Of a DNA stretch of 48,243 nt, positions 10,790-23,528 are shown piece after piece (within the stretch, counting starts at the first letter, position 1; the number at the start of each line of letters is the position of its first letter). The notes below the pieces were generated by a model that was not told the DNA's origin, did no database searches, and saw only the letters and a list, made by a program, of their open reading frames with translations. The translations under genes and the position numbers were made by a program. Source of the stretch: Chiloscyllium plagiosum (lineage: Eukaryota); assembly GCF_004010195.1 (NCBI RefSeq), contig NC_057718.1, positions 5,173,930 through 5,222,172 of the forward strand, given 5' to 3'.

Positions 10790-11153
10790 GTAAGACTGGG
10801 TTCCCTCTTTGCACAGATTCCCTCAGTAATCTGCTGTGTCCGTCTGGGCTTTGTGCTTTAGTCCCTAGAGTAGGACCTGAACCTATGATTTCCTGCCTCA
10901 GGAATGTTAACCACTGAGCTAAGCTCCCTGTCATGAGCAGGCAGGGCAATGGATAAAGAGGACAATAATTTCAGTGTTCCTTTCTTTGAAGAAATCCCAT
11001 TGTACAAGTTGCATGTGTTGTACAGTGAATCACAATGTTTCATAACATGTATCAGATTTCTGTGCTGACTTCTCCTGAACACAAAGTAGAGTAAGCAAGT
11101 TTGATGTCAACACTTGTTTGGAACATTAAGGGTTTGTTTGCATTTGCCCTCAG

Positions 11154-11289
11154 GACCTCGCCCAGACCTCGATCCGGATATTGTTGCTGCTCTCGATGAT
11201 GATTTTGATTTTGATGATCCAGACAACATTCTGGAGGATGACTTTATGGTGAAGGCTGGTGGGAGAGAGAGTGCGGAGAATGCTGAAGT
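11154..11289 (+). CDS. LTV1: LTV1 exon 5
   Basis: ctcag|GPRPDLDPDIVAALDDDFDFDDPDNILEDDF...|gtatgt; phase 2 matches the next exon. Confidence 0.95.
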
Positions 11290-12360
11290 GTATGTGATTT
11301 AAACCTGGGGAAAGGGGAGAGTTAGTGTGCTGTGGAGGGTCAGAGAGGAGGGGTTAGGAACTAGAAGGTGTCGGTGAACTTGTGGACAGGTGGGCACGAC
11401 ACTAATCCTCCCTCATGGTGGTGAAATTGGCTGGAAGAGGCGCAAACCTGGATCAAATTCCAAGCCCATTAAGTTGGCAAAATCTAACAATTTCTTCTCT
11501 GAATGCCTTGGTCAATCGAAATTAGTATCGGAGATCACCCAGGGCCTAAATAACATTCGCAGCTAAGAGATGATGTCCACCCCAGTCAGAGAAAGGTCCT
11601 GCTCTCGCTCGACAGAACTTAGTGAATAGTTACTAACTGCACAAGATATAAGATTGTTCCAGTTTTCAGTCCTAACATCAAATTTTACCTTGCACTTAAA
11701 TTGTTATCCTTTATAAATTCAAAAGCATATGTAACCCTTCCACAAGGTTAAAGCTGAGATGGTTTCATTGCTTTGTTGTAATGTAACTATTTGCACAGCT
11801 GCCTGTAGGTTTTGTTTCCCGTCACTCTATATACTCCCTGATTGTGTTTTCTTTGTTTCTTTCCCAGCCCCTCGATCTTGATTCAGACACAATGCTATCC
11901 CTCTCCGTGTCACTACACAATCTCGGCAGTAAGCACAGAACCTAAGAAATAAGTCTGGGTGGAAGTTCAGCCTTTCAAAGTTGCCCTGCCATTCTGTAAG
12001 ATCATAGCTGAGTTGCCCCAGGCCTCAGTTGTGCTGACACCTGTGAAATGGGTGAAAGGTCTCCGTCAATTTCTTTCAGAAACACTGCAACATCTGAACC
12101 TAACATCTCCGTGCTAGGACAGAAGATCTCTTGCTGCAGCAGCTAAAGCGAGAGCCCCATTTATCTGTACTTCCCCACCATCACCATTATCACCACCACA
12201 CTGATGTTAACATAGACACTAAAAGGCCCTATGATACTGCTTTTGAATGAAAGGGATTTCCCATGCAGCATTCCTCTTTCCAACCAACTGCACCTGAGCT
12301 TTACTGGTAACTTATCTGATTCACTCTCCGAGGGATCTTGCTGTACACAAATTGACTGCT

Positions 12361-12475
12361 TTTGCCCGAAACGTCGATTTTACTGCTCCTCGGATGCTGC
12401 CTGAACTGCTGTGCTGTTCCAGCATCACTAATCCAGAATCTGGTTTCCAGCATCTGCAGTCATTGTTTTGACCTC
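12361..12475 (+). mobile_element. Short PLE-terminus insertion (same family as 1923-2145)
   Basis: GCCCGAAACGTCGATTTTACTGCTCCTCGGATGCTGCCTGAAC...GCAGTCATTGTTTT is the reverse complement of the left part of 1923-2145. Confidence 0.7.
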
Positions 12476-12615
12476 CCTGATTGCTGTCTTTGTCTACTTG
12501 CTGCTTCTGCAGTTATGATGGTGCTCCTGACGTTTCCTCTTTGTCTATAATATGCTTCTAATTGGAACTTTTGCCTGAGATGACCAAATGAATGATTTGT
12601 TGGTGTGTCCTTCAG

Positions 12616-12847
12616 GGATTCTGATGACGAGGAGTGGGAGGATACAGAGGATGAAGACTTTGACTCGGTCGGTGCTCTCTCTGATGATGATAATGATGGT
12701 TCAAAGATTGTTCGCTTTGAAGGCGGGATGAGGGAATTCTCCTTCATGGAGGAGGAAACCAGGAGTCGCTTCACTGCCTACTCCATGACATCATCTGTGA
12801 TGAGACGAAATGAGCAGCTCACCCTGTTGGACGATCGGTTTGAGAAG
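12616..12847 (+). CDS. LTV1: LTV1 exon 6
   Basis: ttcag|DSDDEEWED...EETRSRFTAYSMTSSVMRRNEQLTLLDDRFEK|gtcagt. Confidence 0.95.
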
Positions 12848-13452
12848 GTCAGTTTACTTTGCGAGGTACCATAGCAATACACAGGGCAAAAATCCATGCT
12901 GTCCATCATGGGTAGCACACTCCTCGGAGTCACAGGGTCAAGTTCCATTTGACAGGCTAGTTCAGCGCCAGGGAATGCTGCATTTTCAGGGCTGCCTTCA
13001 GCTGAGACCAGGGCTGTGTGTTCTTGTGCATGTAAGAAATACCAAGGCCACTGTTGTAAGAAGAGCAGGGGAGTTTGTCCTGCTCACTGCTTATCCCTCC
13101 ATCAGCATCACGAGAGAAATGGGTTGCCTCAATGTTATCATCGTATTGTTTGTGAGATTTGCAGTCGACAAGTTGGCTGCTGCGTTTTTTTATATTGTAA
13201 CAGTGCCTACCTTTCAGACTTTCTTCATTATTTATGACAAGTGCTTTTCTAAAATTTCCTTTCTCTCTTTTCTCCCACTCTCTGTTGGGTTTCTCTCCAG
13301 TGTAGTAAGCAATGGGAAAGGTGATGCTACTCAGGGTTGGAGTTGATAATTCTGAAATGCTGCACCTCTCCAAAGGTGTTGGAAGTAGATGGATCCCTTC
13401 AGGTATTGCTCTGTTTGCTGTAACCCTGTTTTTTTTTTTTTGTCTGCTTCAG

Positions 13453-13580
13453 TTGTACGAAGAGTACGATGACGATGAGATTGGAGCTCTGGATCACCAC
13501 GAACTTGAGGGATCGATTCAGGTGGACAGTGCACGGCTGGATGAAGTTATCAATGATTACCACACTCAGAAAGCAAAAGA
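13453..13580 (+). CDS. LTV1: LTV1 exon 7
   Basis: ttcag|LYEEYDDDEIGALDHHELEGSIQVDSARLDEVINDY...|gtaagt. Confidence 0.95.
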
Positions 13581-14160
13581 GTAAGTGGTTTTTAAAATGT
13601 AAATCACAGAATGGTTCTGCATGTGTTGCCTTTTGGCCAGTGAAACTTTTTTTAAACAGCATATCTATAACTTGCCCTTCTCTAAAGTTTATCTATAGTT
13701 CTACAACCTGTTTTTGGTGTGTTTTTGCAATATCCAGTCGAAAACTTTTGTTGAATCTGCTTCCACTGCCTTTTCAGGCAGCTCTTTGATGATTCTAAGC
13801 ATTCAAATTGGAAAACAGTCTTCTCCACCTCATCCCCTGTAACTCCCTCCCAAACCTTGGTTACTTTTCTAAATATCTTAAATCTGTGACTGCTGGTTAC
13901 TCTCCCTCCTGATAGATTTGACTGCTGCTGCTCAATTCCAAGTGAACCTCTCTCTTTGAAGGAGGCAATTCCAACCTCTTCACAAATCTAGAAATCACTC
14001 CTCCCCAATCTCGGAAAATGTGAATCTTCAATAAACTTAACAGTACACTTGTGTTCAATGGGATAAGTCCTACAGAGATACTCGAGGTGGGAGTGTGGGG
14101 TCTGTGTCACTTTAATTGTTTTTTAACGGACTTTTCAACTTCTTTCAATCCCACCTGCAG

Positions 14161-14294
14161 CTGTCAAATGCCCGATGAGCTGGGACCAAGGGGAGGTGTT
14201 CTATTAAAGGGAGATGAGGAAGAGGAAAACGAGGAGATTGAAGTTCTCGTCATTGAGGAACCAACCGAGCAATGGGATTGTGAATCCATCCTGA
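14161..14294 (+). CDS. LTV1: LTV1 exon 8
   Basis: tgcag|CQMPDEL...EQWDCESIL|gtaagt. Confidence 0.93.
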
Positions 14295-14755
14295 GTAAGT
14301 ACTGACTGTTAGATGGCTCTGTGCACCATCAAAATCTTCTACTGTTTCTTTTGTAGTTTAGGCGTGACACACCTGCCTCTTGTCAGAAGGTTATGGGTCA
14401 AATCTTGCTCCTGAAAATTGAGCGCAACATCCAGACTGATGCTCCCAGAGCAATTCTGAGGGAGTGCTGCACCTTTGGAAGTGCGGTTTTTCTGATGAGA
14501 CATTAAGAGTGGTCTATTCTCCCAGGCAGATGTAAAACGTACAAGGACACTATGTGGAGGAAGGATGAGAAGGTTCTTGCTGACGTCCTAGCTAACATTT
14601 ACTCTTCAATCAATGTCATTATGATGAAGCTGGTAATTTGTGCGATTTGAGAGCGTGCTCAAGTTCCGTATCCATCCCAATACTGGAGGCGGAGCTGGTG
14701 GAATTGCAATGATACATTTGCTCAAATCCTCAGTTTGAATCTTTTGTTTTTACAG

Positions 14756-14808
14756 GCACCTATTCAAATTTATACAACCACCCGAAGCTGATAACTGACC
14801 CACCTAAG
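14756..14808 (+). CDS. LTV1: LTV1 exon 9
   Basis: tacag|STYSNLYNHPKLITDPPK|gtatga; completes the WDCES..STYSNLYNHP signature. Confidence 0.95.
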
Positions 14809-16366
14809 GTATGAGCAGGGGCTGCTGCCGGAAGTGTTTGAGACTGAGTTCCTACTTCTGAATAAGGTTGGGGTTATGGGAAGTGGCTGGTGTTCACCCT
14901 TTGCTCGATTTCCTCACCCAGTGAGACTGCAGCTGGGAGGTTTGTCTGGCTTGGGCAGAGTGGCCTGAGGCTGGAGCACAGTCAAGACCAGCTTCGTCTC
15001 CTTATTCATCTCAACTGCATCTGGACCTTCAGTTCTGGAAGAATAAATTGCAGAGGCTAAGTGTTCACACCCAGTGATGGGCTGTGCAAGTGAACAAAGC
15101 AATTTGGTGATTTCTTTAGGCTGGTTCAGTAATGTCGTTCAGCAAAGGGAACTTGTAGTTCTTGCAAATGGTCTCCATACGGTTACAGTATTAGGGGTAC
15201 TTTGGACTTTGGGTTATGGTGTAGTATGGATAGTATCCATTAATTGGGGAGTGATGTATAACAAATAGCTGAGTTCAGTATCAGTCACCTCCCAGTGTTG
15301 ATCAGTGTCTGACTCCACTTCCCAATGACCCTTGCTACTCTTTGTGCAGCCTGTACCCACTCACATCACAGAAGATCATGGTCCCTCTCACCCAACCTCC
15401 TGTTGTGTATCTCCCTCTGAGAGACCTCTCAGACTGTGGGGTGAGGACAGTAGACTTTCACCCTAACTGCGTAGCAGCTGAATTCATTGAACCCGTGTCA
15501 GTGGCATTCCATGGTTTGGTTTTAGGAAGTGTTTAAAAGAGGTTTCCTCCAAGGTCTACATTCTATCCCCCATGCGATTTGCTGTTGGATTTATTCATGA
15601 TTGCTTTATGTTTAGCATGCCAGTTCTGTAGGACCTGCATTTCTATAAGGCAATGTAATGCAGTAAATACTCCACAGAAATCTCATCATTGTATGTGCAG
15701 CGATGGTTTAGAGAGACATCTGTTCATTTGACACTTGTCCGTGTTTGTTAGTTTGTCACTGTGCTGGTGGTGACTATGCTTTCAGTTGCCTTGGTCCAAG
15801 ATTCTGAGATTCCCACCTGAAACCTCTCGCTCTCTACCTGACACCTACCAGTTTGAGCAAGCTATTGAACATCTGTCTTCATTTCTCATTCTGTAATGCA
15901 AAGACAGATGTTGCCAAACAATGCTCTAGTAAAGTGCCAAGGGACATTTTTGAAGTGTTAAAGAGGGAGAGGGTAGCATGGTGATAATGCCATTGGTATC
16001 CGGAATGTCAAAGGCCCTGAGGGGGCATAGCTTCAAATCCCACAGCAGCTGATTAAATTTGAATTAAATGAATAACACTGGAGTTGAAAGCTAGTCTTTG
16101 TAATGGTGACTTGATTGGTATAGAAACCCACTTCGTTCACTGTCCTTTAGGGAAGGAGATCGTTCCTTCTTTGGTTCGACCTCAAAGTCACTCTGGGCTT
16201 ACAGCAATGTGATTGTGATTGACTCTTAACTGTCCTCTGAAATAGCTCCATTTGTTCCAGGGGAATGGGCAACAAGTACTGGCTATGGCAACAGTGCCCA
16301 TATTGTTGATTTTATAAGCACACATAGTCCAAGTTGGAAATTGTTATTCACTCGACTCTCTTTCAG

Positions 16367-16567
16367 CTCAATCCAGTCAAGGTGTCCAGGAAAACCGGGA
16401 TTCCCTTGGATGTTTTACCGAAAAAGAGTCTGACCACTAAACAATTGGAGAGGATGGAAATGATTAATGTCAATGACATTCCCAGAGCCTCGACGCAGTC
16501 ACGTCCACCGAATGAGAGCAAAGAGGACAAGAAAATCCGGAAACAGAAAATTAAAGAAGAAAGGAAG
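16367..16567 (+). CDS. LTV1: LTV1 exon 10
   Basis: ttcag|LNPVKVSRKTGIPLDVLPKK...ESKEDKKIRKQKIKEERK|gtgagg. Confidence 0.95.
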
Positions 16568-17378
16568 GTGAGGAAAATCCTGTGCTGTGTAATGCGGCCA
16601 GAAGCTAAACTCAGGATGCTCTCTGATGAGGCTGGAACTATTGTGGAACGCGGTTGCAGAGTGTACCCTCCTCGGAGTGTATCAACCAGTACTCTACAAT
16701 CACTGGTTTCAGTATTTAATGGATGTTATTGAAGCTGCTGTTGGCTATCTGTCCAGACAGAGTGTACATTTTCATTTGGATGACACTACAGCTGCACAAA
16801 GCTTCAAGCTTAATGGGCAACTCAACTGAGCTTGGTACCTGGTCCCAGATTGTCAGTTCTGCTCTCCTCTCTTCTCCTTTCCACAACATGTCAGCATATT
16901 AGGAAATGAAGAGTGATACAGCACCAAAGGAGGTCAATTAACCCGTTGGGCTAGCTTTTGAAATAATTTAATTCCTGCATTAATTCCCCCCTGCACCCCC
17001 ATACAAAAGTTCTATCATGGTCCTGCAACTTACTCTTTTCCAATTCATGTTAGAGCAGAAATTTGTTTTTCTGCCATCCTTGTAGGTAATGCATTTTCAA
17101 ACCCAATGCTGGACTTTTACCCGTTCCATTAAGTCACAGTCCTGTGGTTCATAAATGTACTGTGGAAAGGTTCTTCTCATTTTGTCAAACCTGGAATGAT
17201 TTTGTAAACCTATAAACCATCAAATCCTAACCGTCTCTGCTGTAAGAAAGCAAAGCCTGGTCTATTCAGTCTCTCCATTAATGTTTGGATTACTAATTAA
17301 TTTGGTGATTATTGGAAAATATGCTGCCTTTTCTAATCCTCTCTCTGTCTCTCTCCCCCTCCACCCTGCCACATATAG

Positions 17379-17495
17379 GAGCGAAGACTGGAGAAAAAAG
17401 CCAACAGAAATGCATTTAAAATAGAGAAAGTAAGACAGGAACAAGTGATACTGAACCTGAGGCAGAACTTGCAGGGAATCAGACTAGAGTTATAG
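17379..17495 (+). CDS. LTV1: LTV1 exon 11 (last coding exon)
   Basis: tatag|ERRLEKKANRNAFKIEKVRQEQVILNLRQNLQGIRLEL*. Summed CDS is 1419 nt and stays in frame. Confidence 0.95.
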   Translation, partial: ERRLEKKANRNAFKIEKVRQEQVILNLRQNLQGIRLEL

Positions 17496-17954
17496 TACAT
17501 AAGGGTCTCCCTCTCCCACCGGACATTGGATAAAGGAGGGAATTTGTTGGAGGTTCGTTCACTGACTGACAGTTCAAATGAAGAGTTCAAACTAACCCCT
17601 CTGCTGCCTCTGACCATCAGCCAAACCAATAGACTTGATTCCTTACCAAGATAAAGCTTTGGCCCTTGCAGCGATTGCAGCATGGACCTGCACTTTTCCT
17701 CAAGAGAAACTCACCCTTTCATCAAACGCCGAAGTTTCTTTGGGATGTCTGCGGAATGTTCTTCTTAACTCTGATCATCTTCAGCATGGAAAGGCACTCT
17801 CATAGGTGGACCTTTATCCCACAAAAGACAGTTCATTAAAAAAAAGGCCTGTGCCTCGACTTATTTATGGAATGCTTGAGTTTTCTCAGCCAGTGAGGAG
17901 ATCAAGTTAATTGATGTGACTTTTCACAATGAAGTTCTATTGGCTGTGTCTGTT

Positions 17955-18152
17955 CCGTTGACTGGACAGCTGGCTCAAGACAACAAGGCCATGTATTCAA
18001 TTCCTGCACCAGCTGAGGTTACCATGTCAGACTTTCCTCTTCAACCTCTCCCCTCTCTTGAGGTGCAGTGACCCTCAGGTTAAACTACTACCATTCTTCA
18101 CAGTCTGATGAAAGAACAGCTCTGTGGTCTGGTAAGACTGTGGTGACTTTAC
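17955..18152 (+). mobile_element. SINE-like repeat (related copies at ~25830-26045 and ~26510-26625)
   Basis: Shared CCAGCTRAGGTTACCATG...GTGACCCTCAGGTTAAAC blocks after a B-box-like TTCAATTCC. Confidence 0.55.
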
Positions 18153-18935
18153 CATTCGCTTTAGTGACTAGTCCATGCAGCTGCAGACGGTCTGCGTGGG
18201 AGCTGGGCTCTTGACCTTTAGGATCGGGTCAGTGGCACTCTGGAAAGTGTGATGCCATAATCTGTTGTTCAGATGGTGCAGCGCTGCTGAGATACTGTTC
18301 CTTGATGAGATATTGGAATGATGCAATGCAAAATTGAGATTTTGTGAACTAATTGCAAAGCTGCTTCCATTGACTGGAGTGACAGTACCAGGATGGGGGA
18401 CACAAATTTATGATTACCAAAAGATGCAGAATGGGAGATGAGAAATGTAGTAAGATATGTCCTGAATGTGCTACTTGAAAGAGTAATGAAGTGAATTCAA
18501 TAATCACTTTCAAAAGGAAATTGGATGAATCCTTCAATGGGGAAACGTTTGAAGGTTTATTGGCAAAGAGCAGATCAATGAAACTAATCAAATAGATTTT
18601 TCAAAGAGCCAGCACAAGTGCAAACGGGCTGAGTGGCCTTCCATCCTTTGTAATTTATGGTACTTCAACCTACTGTCAGCTCTTTCTCCAGACCGTAGTT
18701 GTGATGTTTCCCTGTGTGCTGTGAGATGTGCAACCTCTGTCTTTGTTGCTTCTCCTGATGTGTAGCGAGTGCAGCAAGGAAGGTAATGCACAGTTGAATA
18801 TCATCATCCACTGATTGTAACTAATACAAATGAGCTCCAGGAAAACATTTTAAAACTCAAACTGCAGGCCTTTTCCACTATCTTCTCATTTAACTAGCAC
18901 CACTTCTCATATTGTTTGAGACAGGGAGCAGTGAG

Positions 18936-18938
<3 letters not shown>

Positions 18939-18966
<28 letters not shown>
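18939..18966. repeat. (GT)14 microsatellite
   Basis: Read directly from the sequence. Confidence 0.95.
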
Positions 18967-19716
18967 ATTCCACACAGTGCCTTCACCTTCCCACGCCATC
19001 TCCCTTACCAGAAAAGCCCTGTGTTACACCGAGCGTGTGGATGCAGGAAACAAACATTGGTGGAGAGAAACCTCCCATTGCTGTGCTGGGTCTAATGTAT
19101 GAGGAAATTGTCAGAGTTCACTGCTATTTCAGGGCATTGCGGGGAGTTTTTTCTCCTCTGCTGTACAGTGCATTGCGGTAATTCAGAAAATGAAGGCCTG
19201 ATGTGGTCGGTAATAACTTTCTGCCATTGCTCAAATGGCCTGACACCTCAGATAAATGTCCTGAGTCCTTTCTTTGGACTTGTTTCCACTAGTGACTATC
19301 TTTTGTCAGCTTTGTAATAGCAAGAGGCAGGCAACCATGTTTAAAGAATCACGAGATGTGGGTGTTGCTGCTAACACCAGCATTTCTTACCCCTGCATAA
19401 TTGCCCTGGCGAAGGTGGTAATAAACTGCTCCTTCAGATACACATGAGAATCTTGCTGGGCCTTTGCAGACATATAAAGGCTAGCCGTGTTGCCTTGGAT
19501 CTAGAATTACAAGCAGCTCCCTTCACTAAAGGAGCAGGTTTACCACCACCTCTAGGAATGCTGCAGATTTTTCAGGAATCTAAGGCTTATTCTTTCAATA
19601 TTACTGTAAGCAACCTGCGACGTTAAAATAAAGATAGATTTATTATTTTCTCTGGACTTGTTTTGGTTCTACACTGATCAGCAATGGGTTAAAACAGACT
19701 GCCAACACATTGATTG

Positions 19717-20062
19717 AAGTTAAAATCACAACACCAGGTTGTGTTCCAACAGGTTTATTTGGAAGCACTAGCTTTCAGAGCGCCGCTCTTTCATCATAGT
19801 GGGGTAAGATCATAAGACACAGAATTTATAGCTAAAGATCACTGTCTCGAAATGTTGATCACACCTAGATTTGCTCAATATTTTGTTTTAATTGCACGAC
19901 AATTATCTTTTGCTATAAATTTTGTATCTTACGATCCTGCCCCACTAGCTACCTGACAAAGGAGTGGCGCTCTGAAAGCTAGTACTTCCAAATAAACCTG
20001 TTGGAATATAACCTGGTGTTGTGTGATTTTTAACTTTGTCCATCCCCATCCAACACCACCTC
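19717..20062. mobile_element. Inverted-repeat PLE-derived element, second family, with degenerate hammerhead cores
   Basis: Arms at ~19717-19840 and ~19904-20036 are reverse complements. Right arm CTGACAA-AGGAGTGGCGCTCT-GAAA-GCTA. CACATTG(A/T)TT occurs on both flanks. Confidence 0.7.
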
Positions 20063-20634
20063 CACATTGTTTACGAGTCATGGATAGTTCGCTATCTGCT
20101 GATGAGCTCGCATTGAGGTTTAGAAAACAAAATCGTCACAGACTCCAGTCGTGAGGTTAATTTCCTGCCCCACACTAGCAAACCGTTTTGCCAGAACTAC
20201 TCGTTGACAACACCCACACCCACAGGGGCTGTCACCCAGGAGGAGCTCGGCCAGGAAGAGGAAGGGTGGAACCACCACCGGTAGCAGAAACTGGAGAAAG
20301 AGTCAGGTAACCGTTTCTGGAGGTTATGCCTGGGCATTTGCTAAGGAGCCAGCACCCGGCACTGAGCCATTCGGTTGACAGGAAGCAAGTTTTCCTTCAT
20401 CTTAAACATAATGTTTTGTAATTCAACCATAATAAATATTTAACTTTTCCAATTTACACATTTCCCACAAGGTTTTGTACCTTGTGATATTTTTCATTAC
20501 TGATAAATAGTGCTTATTGAGGTAAAAGGTTGAGACCACTGGTTAAAGCTACACGTTTATTAGATTGGTCATGAAGAAGATGGTTGATTATTTTTTGAGA
20601 CCTTGTTTGTGAACCAGGCAATTTTGATAAGTTT

Positions 20635-20893
20635 GTGGTTGCTGTTGCTGAGATGAGTGTTTTTTTTGCAGATTTATTGATTACCTGAATTTAAATTCTC
20701 CCTGCTGCTGCAATAGGATTTGGACTTTTGCCACTGTACCTTCAGAGCTGTGTCATCTCCCGAGTGGTTGCTGTTGCTGAGATGAGTGTTTTATTTTGCA
20801 GATTTATTGATTACCTGAATTTAAATTCTCCCTGCTGCTGCAATAGGATTTGAACTTTTGCCACTGTACCTTCAGAGCTGTGTCATCTCCCGA
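20635..20893. repeat. ~129-bp direct tandem duplication
   Basis: 20635-20763 and 20764-20893 differ only in a T-run and one substitution. Confidence 0.9.
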
Positions 20894-22385
20894 GGTTGAA
20901 GGAAGTCAGTTTTCTTCTCTTTGTTCAGTGCTGTAGCTCTGAAAAGCCTTGGATTACTGACTGGATGTCGTGTCCACTGCTTCTCCATTGTGGGGTTTCT
21001 TCTCTATTTCTGGGCCAGAAGTTTCCTGAGTTTGATTTGCAGAACTTTGATTCGTGGACATCTGAGAGCTGGGATGGTTTTCGCTCTCGGGATTCTCCTC
21101 TGAGTGAATACAATATCCAGAGTTCCATTAGCAGCACTATTGTCTCCATACCAGAAAGTTGAGGTTTACTTTACTCCTGAATAAAATATCTCAGCTCTCG
21201 ATTTCAGTGGAATACTGAGGGAGTACTGCATTGTTGATGGTACCTTCTTTCTCATTAAATTTTAAAAGTCTCGTCTGTCTTTGGGGATGTAAAAAATTTA
21301 ATTGCACCATTTGAAGACAGCTAGAGAAGTATCTTGTCGAATATTAACCCTCCATTATCTCATGATTGCTTGTGAATCCTCCTGGGCGCACCTCTATTTC
21401 TATGTTTATTACATCCGTGCTTCAGAAGTAAGTCATAGGCTGTGAAATGCTTCTTTTTTTTTGCATATCCTGGGTTTGTAAAAGGTGCTCAATAAATACA
21501 GGTCTTCATTTTGAAGGGTGACTATTAGTAAAACCCTTGTTGCACTGTCCCACAGGTGGTTGAGCGATTTAGGATAGACAACCATACTTTAACTGCGTAT
21601 TGTCTGTTGTGGCACTATCTTGGCATTTGGAAAAGCTCCACAATGCAACAAAATGTCACCCCACGCCACCACCTCTTATGTCACAATGGGGAGTATCACA
21701 CAATTTATGTGTAGTGAATATCGAATGGCCATTCTATCTTTTCAAGCATCTACCATTCAATAAGTATTTTATACGTCACCCTTTAAAGCCTAATCTATCT
21801 CTTGGTTCCTTTAGTATCAAAATCTGTTGACCTTGATCTTGAATAGATGCGATGATTGATCATCCACAGCTCAACAGACTAAAAAATACAAAAACTTCTT
21901 TCCTCTCTAAGGGAGCAAAAAAAAAGTAGGCCATTCGCATCATCTGGTCAATTCAATGTTTCAGCCATTCACTATGATCGTGATTGGTTATCCAACTCTA
22001 CCCTTTCCCCACTCCAATACCCTTTGATTGCTTTATCCCAACCCTCTCAAGTCCCTTGACTTTTTTTCTTCATGAAGCTACCATTCATTCTTCTGAGCTG
22101 GGGAAAACAGGTCTAATCTGCTCCACTTCTCATAGGACAATCCTCTTGTCCCAAGGAACTAATCCAACATGAATGAACAGCCTCCAAGCACATGTTCTTG
22201 TTACAATTCAAGGTGAACTTAGAATTGAGTTGGCTCCATCTTCCTTGTTTTCCTGCTAAAAGTAGTTTTCATTTTGTTTGTTTTACTTTTGTGCTGAATA
22301 AAAACTGCAAATCAGTAAGGTACAATTTCATCATAGGTCAGTGAAAGGGAACAATGGAGGAAAATGATGGGAAAGTGTTTTCTTT

Positions 22386-22415
22386 GTTTGCCCCAGCAAC
22401 AGTTGCTATGGAGGA
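22386..22415. promoter_or_regulatory. Paired RFX X-box-like motifs upstream of the ZC2HC1B-like start
   Basis: GTTTGCCCCAGCAAC-A-GTTGCTATGGAGGA, about 110 bp before the ATG at 22523. Confidence 0.5.
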
Positions 22416-22522
22416 TAGCCCAGTCTGACACATTTGATGGGGGAAGAGGGCTTGAGTTAAATATCTGCCAAGAGACCTATACCATCTGATTTGGAGGTCA
22501 CGTTTCTCTTACCAAACCTAAA

Positions 22523-22535
22523 ATGAATGCTTCTC
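22523..22535 (+). CDS. ZC2HC1B: ZC2HC1B-like coding exon 1 (MNAS-)
   Basis: AAA-ATG AAT GCT TCT C|gtaagt. Phase 1 fits the exon 2 acceptor at 29952. Confidence 0.55.
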
Positions 22536-23241
22536 GTAAGTATACATGTTAATGCTTCAGATAACATTGATGTGAAAAATGGGAACAAGTGCAGTGAGGG
22601 GCTTATTAGGAATAACAAAACTGCTGAGGGGAGTAGAGGGAGAGTGGATTGTTCAGAAGAATATAAAATATTGCAGTCAATCTCTTGTTATAACCTTTGA
22701 GTCATGTGCATCACTACATTGCTGCACTGACATCACAGTGGTCTCTATTCTTCAGATATTTATCTTACAGAGAGGGGGGGCTGGGGATCATGAAGATATT
22801 GTTTTGAGTGTTTTTGAGATGTATTGATTTTTCAATGGACTCTTGTTCACTCTCCATGGAGAACAACAATGTGGACTGGGGATAATTGGGGGAGGCATGC
22901 AGGATGCCTAACATTTGTTCATGAAGGAGTGTTACTGTCCTGTTACTGGGAACAGGGTACTTAGTTTGATGATCAGCTATGATCATATTGATGATCGAGT
23001 GAATGGCCTACTCCAGCTCCTATATTCACTGTCAATGTTTATCCAGTCTGGATTTTCATGTGACTGCAGTATCATGAACATTTTGGACATACTTGAAAAG
23101 AATTGGCTGATATTCCCCAGCCAGTAGTACCAAGTGGATGATGCCTCCCTGATCTCCAGTATCCCTGATCCCAGTCTTCAGCCAATTTAATTTACTCCAT
23201 GTTATGCAACCAAATAAAACCTGGGCACATGTGATACAACA

Positions 23242-23528
23242 GGGCAGCACAATGGCTCAGTGGTTAGCACTGCTGCCTCATAGCACCAGGGTCCTGGGTT
23301 CAATTCCTGCCTGTCTGCGTGGGTTTCCTCTCACAATCCAAAAATGTGCAGGTCAGGTGAATTTACCATCCTAAATTGCCCAGTGTTAGGTGCATTAGTC
23401 AGGTGTAAATATAGGGTAGGGGAATGGGTTTGGGTGAGCTTCTCTTCGGAGGGGCGGTGTGGACTTGTTGGGCCAAAGGGCCTGTTCTCACACTGTAGAG
23501 AATCTAATCTATTAATCTAATCTAATCT
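23242..23528 (+). mobile_element. V-SINE (HE1-like)
   Basis: A and B boxes, partial V-domain and (AATCT)n tail. Confidence 0.85.

Noticed and set aside
12957..13373. 138-178 aa ORFs in LTV1 intron 6
   Set aside because: No recognisable domain; overlap decayed repeat-like sequence and exon edges.
14620..14700. C/D snoRNA candidate (ATGATGA) in LTV1 intron 8
   Set aside because: No CTGA D box at a suitable distance.
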